Shown piece after piece: positions 1-6,540 of a stretch of 32,000 nucleotides of DNA. Every line of letters begins with the position of its first letter. Position 1 is the first letter of the stretch. The stretch comes from an uncultured Acidimicrobiaceae bacterium (GTDB lineage Bacteria; Actinomycetota; Acidimicrobiia; Acidimicrobiales; Salinilacustritrichaceae). The notes under the pieces were generated by a model. The model saw only the letters and a program-made list of their open reading frames with translations. It made no database searches and was not told the origin of the DNA. The stretch covers positions 22,067-54,066 of the forward strand of contig CAVSXR010000021.1 in assembly GCA_963731885.1 (NCBI GenBank). The letters are read 5' to 3'. The position numbers were made by a program, and so were the translations under genes.

Positions 1-2
1 AG

Positions 3-254
3 CAGCTCAGGGCCGCCGCCACCAGCCAGGTCGATGCACTCGCCGACGCTTCCGGGTTGGAGCTCCCTCTTCTCTCTCGGACCATTGCGTCGGCGCTCGT
101 GGCGCTCGATGACGGGTTCGCGCTCCAAGAACTGTTCGACCCTTCCATCAGACCTGACTCGCTGTGGGACGTTGTCGACTACCTGACCCCGACACTCACG
201 GGCACCGACCCACAGACCCCCTCCACCGGCCCGCACCGATCAGACGACGGATAA
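3..254 (+). CDS. TetR/AcrR-like regulator, C-terminal fragment (5' end outside the window)
   Basis: The frame is open from the window edge to the stop at 252-254. The sequence looks helical and ligand-domain-like (..LVALDDGFALQELFDP..). Family assignment rests on weak resemblance only. Confidence 0.3.
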   Translation, partial: QLRAAATSQVDALADASGLELPLLSRTIASALVALDDGFALQELFDPSIRPDSLWDVVDYLTPTLTGTDPQTPSTGPHRSDDG

Positions 255-356
255 TCACGCCCGCCACCGTCTTGGAATCACCGGAGAACGGCGCATAGCG
301 ACGCATGCTCGAAGACGTTGGAGACGTCTCGAGCGTGGCCAGCATGACAAGGAGTG

Positions 357-974
357 TCAGCGGAGCTTCTGGAAGAGGTCGTCGAGTGCTTCTCGCAGGA
401 GCGACGCCTCGGTTCGATTGAGGCGCCCTGCCATCTTGGAGAGTCGGTCGAGCGCGGCGCGTGAGTAGTAGTTGCTCTTGAGGACCATCTTCTCCTCGAC
501 GTAGATGGCGACGCGGCCCCCTCCCTCCCGCTTCCCGCGTGCAAGCGCCTCGTTGGCGCAGCGGAACAGCTCCGCGGTCTCGGTCGCGTGCGGTGGCCTG
601 GCTGCGACACCGAAGGTCGCGCTGATCGTCCAGTCGTCGACCGGGTGCTCGGCGAGGTGGGAGCGGACCTCTTCGAGGAGAATCAGTGCGTTCTCTGCCG
701 AGGCGTTCGGTAGCGCGACGGCGAACTCGTCGCCCCCGAGACGGCCGACGATCGCGTCACTCGGGAGCGATTGTGTGAGGGTCTCGATCCAGACCTCGAG
801 CACCCGATCGCCGGCATCGCGGCCCTTGGACTCGTTCAGCTCGCCGAAGCGGTCGAGGTCGGTGAGCGCAACGGCGACTGCCCCACCGCCGACGCGTTCG
901 TCGACTCGAGCGACGAGGTCGTCGATGTCGATGGTCTTCTCGTGGCCGTGCCAGTTCATCGTGATACTCATCAC
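357..974 (-). CDS. Stand-alone GGDEF-domain protein (putative diguanylate cyclase) fused to a C-terminal ribbon-helix-helix (CopG/Arc-like) module
   Basis: It carries DLDRFGELNESKGRDAGDRVL ... RLGGDEFAV ... FGVA ... ANEALARGKREGGGRV, the GGDEF domain signature. The last ~45 aa (KMVLKSNYYSRAALDRLSKMAGRLNRTEASLLREALDDLFQKL) have a beta-alpha-alpha RHH pattern. The start is GTG 974 or ATG 971. Confidence 0.8.
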   Translation of the reverse strand: MMSITMNWHGHEKTIDIDDLVARVDERVGGGAVAVALTDLDRFGELNESKGRDAGDRVLEVWIETLTQSLPSDAIVGRLGGDEFAVALPNASAENALILLEEVRSHLAEHPVDDWTISATFGVAARPPHATETAELFRCANEALARGKREGGGRVAIYVEEKMVLKSNYYSRAALDRLSKMAGRLNRTEASLLREALDDLFQKLR

Positions 975-1008
975 ATATATATGTCGCGCCGATTTATGTC
1001 CATGTCAA
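973..1008 (-). promoter_or_regulatory. Candidate promoter of the GGDEF-RHH gene, with a 12-bp perfect palindrome abutting the start codon
   Basis: The minus strand reads cTTGACAtggacataaatcggcgcgACATATATATGTgATG. TTGACA lies at 1003-1008. The AT-only palindrome ACATATATATGT lies at 973-984 and can supply a TAnnnT -10 a few nt before the start codon, a leaderless-type layout. This is the only AT-rich patch in the region. Confidence 0.4.
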
Positions 1009-1120
1009 GGCTGATTCGACCGCGACACATCAACTGACCCCGATTTGCGTCTGCGACTCCTCGAACCGCGCCCGCGATCGGCGCTTCTCGAGGCCGCGAC
1101 CGGGGCAGTTCGGTGGCGGG

Positions 1121-2524
1121 TCAGCGAAGCTGGGGCCGAGTCTTCCATGCCTGTGCGAGTCGGGCGACGCCTTCACGGACGGTGTCCGGTTGGCTGGCGA
1201 ACGAGAGGCGCAGGAACGTGTCGTGGTCGCCTGATGCCGAGAGCGCGGACGGAGTGGCCACCGCGACACCGTGTCGCAGGGAGTGCTGGGCGAAGGGCTC
1301 GCTGGGCTCCCCCGTGTCGACCCAGATCGACAGGCCGCCGTGGGGTGGGGTCCACTGCCAGTCGGGCAGGTGCCGGTGGAGGGCGTCGGCGAGCAGGTCA
1401 TAGCGAGACCGGAGTTCGTCGGCCCGCTCCTGTCGCAACGTCTCGGGTAGTGGTGCGCGGAGGAGTCGCTCACCCACGACCTGGCTGATGGCGGAGGTGC
1501 CCAGATCCTGTGTCGCCTTGATCCGTGCGAAACGGAGGGCAAGGGGATCCGGGGCTCGGACGAACCCGAGCCGTAGACCGCCCCAGAACAGCTTGGAGAG
1601 TGAGCCGACAACCGCGATCGAGGCATCGGGTGCCTGTGATGCGATCGGCGGAGGAGTGTCAACCCAGGCGAGGTCGGCCAAGGCGAGGTCCTCGACCAGC
1701 GGGATGTGCGCCTCGGTGAGCATGGCGGCAATCTGGTGGCGGCGCTCGGCTGTCAGGACCGTCCCGGTGGGGCTGTGAAGCGTCGACTGCAGGTAGACCA
1801 GCGCCGGGCGGTGGTCCAGCAAGGACGCCAATGCGTCCACCTTGACGCCGTGTTCGTCGACGGGGGCGCCGAGAATCCGGGCGCCGGCCTGGGTGAACGT
1901 CGCCAGGGCGCCGGGGTAGGTCGGGTCGTCGACGACGACGGTGTCGCCAGGGCGGACCCAGCAGGCTGCTGTGGCGCTGATCGCTTGCTGGGCGCCGGTG
2001 GTGATGACCACCTGGTCCTCGTTCGTCGGCAGTCCCCAGGAACTGATGTGGTCGGCCACGGCACGACGCAGGGAGGCCAGGCCCCGGGGCGCATACCCGG
2101 TTCCGGGCACGACCGTCAGTAGGTCATCGGTCGACACTCCGATCGTGGACAGTGCGTGAGAGTCAGGCAGCACCGAGATCGAGAGGTCCACGACCGCCGA
2201 GTCGGTGTCGTCGTGTTCGACGAGGCGGTGGACCAGCGCAGAGCCTTCCCGGCCCGGTGGCAGTGGCGGCTGGTCGCTGACTCGCACGTAGGTGCCACTC
2301 CCCGGGCGCCGCTCGATCAGTCCATCCGAGACGAGTAGGTCGTAGCCAGCCACGGCAGTGCCTCGGCCGATGGCCAGCAGCGTCGCGGCCGTCCGCTCCG
2401 ATGGCAGCCGGTCACCGTCACGGAGTGCGCCTCGCTCGATCGCGTTCGCGATCGCCCGCGCCAGGTTCCGGAACAGCGGTCCTGGTCCTTGCGACCACAG
2501 ACCCAGCACAGCAGCGAGATCCAT
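1121..2524 (-). CDS. MocR-type regulator (GntR wHTH fused to a class-I aminotransferase-like PLP domain)
   Basis: The N-terminus (LFRNLARAIANAIERGALRDGDRLPSERTAATLLAIGRGTAVAGYDLLVSDGLIERRPGSGTYV) is a GntR HTH. It is followed by an aminotransferase fold with an SLSKLF PLP-lysine motif. The start is chosen at ATG 2524; the upstream part of the 532-aa ORF overlaps the divergent gene. Confidence 0.85.
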   Translation of the reverse strand: MDLAAVLGLWSQGPGPLFRNLARAIANAIERGALRDGDRLPSERTAATLLAIGRGTAVAGYDLLVSDGLIERRPGSGTYVRVSDQPPLPPGREGSALVHRLVEHDDTDSAVVDLSISVLPDSHALSTIGVSTDDLLTVVPGTGYAPRGLASLRRAVADHISSWGLPTNEDQVVITTGAQQAISATAACWVRPGDTVVVDDPTYPGALATFTQAGARILGAPVDEHGVKVDALASLLDHRPALVYLQSTLHSPTGTVLTAERRHQIAAMLTEAHIPLVEDLALADLAWVDTPPPIASQAPDASIAVVGSLSKLFWGGLRLGFVRAPDPLALRFARIKATQDLGTSAISQVVGERLLRAPLPETLRQERADELRSRYDLLADALHRHLPDWQWTPPHGGLSIWVDTGEPSEPFAQHSLRHGVAVATPSALSASGDHDTFLRLSFASQPDTVREGVARLAQAWKTRPQLR

Positions 2525-2530
2525 GACGGT

Positions 2531-2551
2531 GCCACTACGAGGCGAAGTGGC
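2531..2551. promoter_or_regulatory. Inverted repeat in the 64-bp MocR/aminotransferase divergent intergenic region (candidate operator)
   Basis: gccact-N9-agtggc lies between divergent starts 2524 and 2589. The call rests on position and symmetry only. Confidence 0.25.
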
Positions 2552-2588
2552 CCTGTTCGGCATGAGCCAGTTTCGCGAGCCTGCCTCC

Positions 2589-3659
2589 ATGACGACAAGC
2601 ACGAACAGTGCAGTGGCCCCCGGCCAGGGAACCCCACCGCGGCCGTTCGGAACGGCCTTCGCCGACCAGATGAGCACCGCGTGGTGGTCAAACGGTGAGT
2701 GGGGGTCACCTGAGCTCACGCCGGTCGGGCCACTGTCGCTTCACCCGGGCGCGCACGTGCTGCACTACGGCAGTGCCTGTTTCGAGGGACTCAAGGCTCA
2801 CCGCGGGGTCGACGGAATCGTGCGCATCTTCCGCTTGTCCCGCCACGTGGAGCGGATGCAGGCCTCCGCCGATGCGCTGATGCTCCCGGCGCCCAGCACC
2901 GAGTTGCTGACGGGCATGATTGTCGATGTCGTGCAGGCCAGCGTGGCAGCAGTGCCGGCCCCACCGGGGGCCCTGTACCTGCGACCGACCCTCATTGGTA
3001 CCGAGGCGAACATCGGTGCCGCTGCTCACCCGACCGGCGAAGCGACGCTGTTCGTGCTCGCCAGCCCGGTCGGCGACTACTTCGCCGGCGGCCTTGGCCC
3101 CCTCACGCTGGCCATCGAGACCGAACAACCCCGCACCACGCCACAGTTCGGCAGCGTCAAGACCGGCGCCAACTACGCCATGGCCCTCGGAGCCACCCAC
3201 CGAGCCGCACGGGACTTCGGTGCCGACCAAGTCCTCTTCGCACCAGGTGGACACGTCGAAGAGACCGGCGCATCCAACTTCTTCCTGCTCGACGGCATCC
3301 GGATCGTCACTCCAGAGCTCACCGACGCGTTCCTCCACGGCGTCACCCGTGACTCGATCCTGCGCATAGGCCGAGATCTCGGCTACCGAGTCGAAGAACG
3401 CCCTGTCACCGTGGACGAGGTCCTGGCCTGGGCGAGCCGCACGGACGGCGAGGCCGCGCTCTCCGGCACCGCCGCGGGTCTTGCACCAGTGGGCCGACTG
3501 GTCCATCACGGCGACGAAGTCCAGGTGGGGACCGGCCAGATGGGACCACACACTCGGCGGCTACGCCGAGCGCTGACCGACATCCACACCGCCGCACGGC
3601 CCGCTCCCGCCGGCTGGCTCACTCCAGTTCAGCCCGCTCCATCCGACCGCCGCTCCTGA
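2589..3659 (+). CDS. ilvE: Branched-chain amino acid aminotransferase (PLP fold type IV)
   Basis: FGTAFADQM...LHPGAHVLHYGSACFEGLKAHR (EGLK PLP lysine) ... GALYLRPTLIG ... KTGANYA ... EETGASNFF ... GVTRDSIL. The start is ATG 2589 (MTTSTNS..). Confidence 0.9.
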   Translation: MTTSTNSAVAPGQGTPPRPFGTAFADQMSTAWWSNGEWGSPELTPVGPLSLHPGAHVLHYGSACFEGLKAHRGVDGIVRIFRLSRHVERMQASADALMLPAPSTELLTGMIVDVVQASVAAVPAPPGALYLRPTLIGTEANIGAAAHPTGEATLFVLASPVGDYFAGGLGPLTLAIETEQPRTTPQFGSVKTGANYAMALGATHRAARDFGADQVLFAPGGHVEETGASNFFLLDGIRIVTPELTDAFLHGVTRDSILRIGRDLGYRVEERPVTVDEVLAWASRTDGEAALSGTAAGLAPVGRLVHHGDEVQVGTGQMGPHTRRLRRALTDIHTAARPAPAGWLTPVQPAPSDRRS

Positions 3660-3661
3660 TC

Positions 3662-3811
3662 GACAAGCCCCGTCCGCACGCGACGGTGATCACGCTGAAC
3701 CGCCCGGAGCGCATGCCTCAGCCGGTCATCTGTGCGATCAACGGAGCGGCGATCGGCGGAGGGATGTGTCTCACCCTCGGCGCCGGTGGTGGCGTTCTCC
3801 GCCCGGGCTGA
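3662..3811 (+). pseudogene. Enoyl-CoA hydratase/crotonase remnant with a large internal deletion
   Basis: One 50-codon frame reads DKPRPHATVITLNRPERM|PQPVICAINGAAIGGGMCLTLGA..*. This joins the crotonase N-terminal 'ITLNRPE' motif directly to the 'PVIAAxNGxAxGGG' oxyanion-hole motif. These motifs are normally about 70 aa apart. There is no start codon and no C-terminal two-thirds. Confidence 0.65.
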
Positions 3812-3874
3812 TCACCGGGTCTGTCGGGTCCGTCCGATGGCGGTTGAGCGGCTTGGCCTCTGGGGACCAAGTGG

Positions 3875-4297
3875 TCACTCGAGGTCACCGAGGACTTCGG
3901 CGAGTTCGTGTTCGAAGCCGCGGAGTTCGCGGCGGTGGAGTTCGGAGAGTCGTTCGAGGACGCCGTCCCCCTTGGGGGTGAGGGTGACGAGACGGCGTCG
4001 TGCGTCGGCGGGATCGGCGTGGCTGCTGACGAGGCCGTGGGCTTCGGCGCGGTCGACGAGCTCGACGGTGGAGTGGGTGCGGCGGAGCAGGACTTCGGCG
4101 AGGTCGGAGATCGAGGGTGGGGCTCCGGTGGGCCGGTGCCCGCGGATGGCGAGGAGGAGTTGGTGTTGGGCGGGGGTGAGTCCCTCCGCGCGTGCAGCTT
4201 GTTCGGAGAAGCGGAGGAAGTGCCGGAGGCGGGTGCGGAAGCGGGCGAGGGCCTGGTAGTCCCGATCGGCGAGGGGTCTGTCGTTCGGGTCGGTCAT
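3875..4297 (-). CDS. MarR-family transcriptional regulator
   Basis: 140 aa with LTPAQHQLLLAIRGH...SISDLAEVLLRRTHSTVELVDRAEAHGLVSSHADPADARRRLVTLTPKG, a MarR wHTH with wing. The ATG overlaps the stop of the upstream ClC gene (ATGA). Confidence 0.9.
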   Translation of the reverse strand: MTDPNDRPLADRDYQALARFRTRLRHFLRFSEQAARAEGLTPAQHQLLLAIRGHRPTGAPPSISDLAEVLLRRTHSTVELVDRAEAHGLVSSHADPADARRRLVTLTPKGDGVLERLSELHRRELRGFEHELAEVLGDLE

Positions 4298-5514
4298 GGG
4301 GTGTGGGTCCGTGCTCGTTGGCTGGAGATGAGGTGGATATCGCTGGTGAGGACGACGGCGACGACGGCGGCGAGGGTCGTGGTCGGGAGCAGGTGGAGGC
4401 CGGCCATCTCGGTCACGACGAGCGTGCTGCCGAGGGGGGTCTTGGTGACGCCGGTGTTGGCGGCGACCATGCAGGCGGCCATGAGCATGGTGGCATCGAC
4501 GCCGGGGAGCGCGTGGTGGAGGAGGAGCCCGCCTGCGGCACCGGCGAAGAAGAGCGGGATGATGAATCCACCGCGCCAGCCGGTGGACACGCAGACCGAG
4601 CTGGCGACCAGCTTGCAGACCACCGCGGCGACCAGCGCGGCAACGGTGACCCCGGGCGCGACGAGGTCAGTGATCTGGCCCTCGCCGAAGGTGAGTGCCG
4701 CGACCGACCACAGGCTGAGCAGGCCGACGACGAGGCCGCCGACCGCGGGTCGGAGCAGCGTGGGGAGATGGACGGCGGCCCGCCGGGTGGTGCGGACGAG
4801 GACGGTGAAGGCGATCGCGATGGCTGCGCCGGCGACGGCCGCGAGCGCGGCCCAGCCGAGATCGGTTGCTGATCCGACCGTGGCGTCAGGGAGGTCGAAG
4901 ACCGGTCCGAACCCGGCGCCGTCGAGACCGAGGTACACGACGAAGCCGATCAACGACCCGGCGAGGGCGGGCATCAGCGCCTCGTAGTACTCCAAGCCCC
5001 GCCGGTGAAGGATCTCGAGCGCGAAGATCGCGGACCCGAGGGGCGCGCCGAACAGGACGGTGAACGCGGCCGCCATGCCGGTGATGGTGAGGATGCGTAG
5101 CTGGTGAGCGTCGTGCGGGTCGGTCCGGTTCCCGATGGCCGTGCCGATGGTGCCCGCGGTCTGGACCAACGGCGCTTCCGGACCGAGCGCGCCACCCGCT
5201 GCGATGCCGAGCAGCGACACGGGGATGAGCGACCGCAACGCGCGCACGTCGCTGTGTCCGCCGCTGACGTGGATGTTGTCGACCAACAGTTCGACGTCGC
5301 CGGGATCACCGAGCATTCGGATGAGCCAAGCGATCGCGAATCCGGTGGCCACGAGGGTGGCGATCACGATCCGACTGCTGTGGCCGTCGGGTCCGATCAC
5401 CCGTCCGAGCGTTCGTAGCGCGGCCACGTAGGCGGCGCCGACCGCACCACCGGCGACACCCACGGCAATGACGCGGCCGGTGAGCGGCCGGAATACGGAT
5501 AGCTGGCGCAGCAC
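4294..5514 (-). CDS. ClC-family chloride channel / H+-Cl- antiporter
   Basis: Multi-TM protein with GGALGPEAPLVQ (GxEGP-type), GAPLGSAIFALE and GWRGGFIIPLFFAG (GxFxP-type) selectivity motifs. The start is set at GTG 5514 (VLRQLSVF..). The longer ORF to 5802 runs through a tRNA fragment and is rejected. Confidence 0.85.
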   Translation of the reverse strand: MLRQLSVFRPLTGRVIAVGVAGGAVGAAYVAALRTLGRVIGPDGHSSRIVIATLVATGFAIAWLIRMLGDPGDVELLVDNIHVSGGHSDVRALRSLIPVSLLGIAAGGALGPEAPLVQTAGTIGTAIGNRTDPHDAHQLRILTITGMAAAFTVLFGAPLGSAIFALEILHRRGLEYYEALMPALAGSLIGFVVYLGLDGAGFGPVFDLPDATVGSATDLGWAALAAVAGAAIAIAFTVLVRTTRRAAVHLPTLLRPAVGGLVVGLLSLWSVAALTFGEGQITDLVAPGVTVAALVAAVVCKLVASSVCVSTGWRGGFIIPLFFAGAAGGLLLHHALPGVDATMLMAACMVAANTGVTKTPLGSTLVVTEMAGLHLLPTTTLAAVVAVVLTSDIHLISSQRARTHTP

Positions 5515-5602
5515 GGATATATCGTAGAACGATCTAATCCGCTGACCCGAACCACGTCGACACGAGGACTTGCGGCGTGCGGGGTGTGCGCCTGCACCCC
5601 CA

Positions 5603-5647
5603 AGGTGGCGGGGGAAGGATTTGAACCTCCGACCTTCGGGTGATGAG
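5603..5647 (-). repeat. Decayed copy of the 3' 45 nt of tRNA-fMet (outermost att remnant, chromosomal-side junction)
   Basis: aggtggcgggggaaggatttgaacctccgaccttcgggtgatgag compared with tggtggcggggggaggatttgaacctccgaccttcgggttatgag at 22050-22094 shows 3 mismatches. It is followed by ttcgacg, as is the copy at 13765-13809. Confidence 0.8.
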
Positions 5648-5659
5648 TTCGACGTACCG

Positions 5660-5770
5660 CGGGTCGGCCCACCACCAGCCGAACAGCGCGTTGAGGCCAA
5701 GACCGACGAGGAGGATCGCGGACAGCCAGACGCACAACGTCGTCTCGGGTCGCGTCTGCGGCCACCGCCC
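5660..5770 (-). pseudogene. Short remnant of a cation-efflux (CDF-like) transporter gene at the island edge
   Basis: The minus frame reads ..[28 protein letters not shown] and then runs straight into the att/tRNA fragment. The LxGLxLNAxxGWWWADP pattern resembles the last TM of small actinobacterial 'cation transporter' proteins. There is no start and no complete domain. Confidence 0.35.
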
Positions 5771-5806
5771 GACTCCCGAGCTGCTCGCCCACACGTCGAC
5801 ATTGCA

Positions 5807-6040
5807 TCATCCGTCGGCCTCGCGCACCGATCGATTGAGCGCTTGGATGGCGCTGCCCTCCACCTCCTCCACGCCGGCCACGGCGAATCCGGTGTGGACC
5901 AGGACCCAGTCGCCTTCGCGGACCCGGCCCCCGTCGAGGACGATGGGAGCCAAGGACACGCGCCGGCGGCCGTCGGTCAGGTCGACGATCGCGTCGTCGC
6001 CATCGACGGCGACGACTCGGCCGGCATCGCTCAAGCACAC
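5807..6040 (-). CDS. hypC: HypC/HybG/HupF-family [NiFe]-hydrogenase assembly chaperone
   Basis: 77 aa starting (GTG)[10 protein letters not shown].., with the essential Cys at position 2, and ending ..EGDWVLVHTGFAV.. (HypC signature). The start overlaps the protease stop by 10 nt. Confidence 0.85.
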   Translation of the reverse strand: MCLSDAGRVVAVDGDDAIVDLTDGRRRVSLAPIVLDGGRVREGDWVLVHTGFAVAGVEEVEGSAIQALNRSVREADG

Positions 6041-6540
6041 GGAGAAGACCCCTCGAACAGACCGATCACCAGCACGACCGCGTCGGCGACTGCGGCCTCC
6101 ACCGCCGGGGTGAGCCCCGGACCGGCACCGAAGTCGACGCCCTCGACGCCGACGACCGTGAGCGTGTCCGGGAGCCGTCCCAGGCGCCCGCCGAGCGCGA
6201 TGGCGTCGGCGATTCCCATGGCGTGGCTCGCGCCGGTCCCGGCTGTGGCCGCGCCCGGATCGATCACGCGCACTGTTCCCGGGCGTGCGCCGGTGCGGAC
6301 GGCGTCGACGACGACGACGTGGTCGGCGCGGCCCCACGCATCGAGCAGGCGGGCGGGCTCGCCGTCGAGCAGGATCACGTGCGGTGCATTCTCCGACGAG
6401 CCCGTCGCCGCCTCGACGGCGCGGGCGACGACCCACCCGACGCCGTCGTCACGTCGGAACGAGTTGCCGACCCCGATGACGACGCGAACCGTGGACGCCG
6501 CGGCCGGGTCGGTTCGCCCGGCGTTGCGTCGTGTTGTCAT
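6031..6540 (-). CDS. [NiFe]-hydrogenase maturation endopeptidase (HyaD/HoxW/FrxA family)
   Basis: [18 protein letters not shown] ... LLDG ... VVVVDAV ... GASHAMG motifs. ATG 6540 overlaps the stop of the large-subunit ORF (ATGA). Confidence 0.85.
   Translation of the reverse strand: MTTRRNAGRTDPAAASTVRVVIGVGNSFRRDDGVGWVVARAVEAATGSSENAPHVILLDGEPARLLDAWGRADHVVVVDAVRTGARPGTVRVIDPGAATAGTGASHAMGIADAIALGGRLGRLPDTLTVVGVEGVDFGAGPGLTPAVEAAVADAVVLVIGLFEGSSPCA

Noticed and set aside
5515-5602. Possible fluoride (crcB-type) riboswitch upstream of the ClC gene
   Set aside because: I compared the minus strand (..gtcgacgtggttcgggtcagcggattagatcgttctac..) with the remembered consensus (GGCGAUGG...CC..AACCGCC...CUGAUGAUxCCUAC). 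Only scattered matches appear. The conserved GAUGG and CUGAUGA elements are absent, and the ClC has canonical rather than CLC-F-type motifs.
5515-5802. Upstream extension of the ClC ORF, and the 86-aa ORF 5534-5794 as real genes
   Set aside because: Both read through the tRNA-derived att fragment (5603-5647). The ClC-like sequence only begins at about 5514. Only a short piece of 5534-5794 looks like a transporter remnant.
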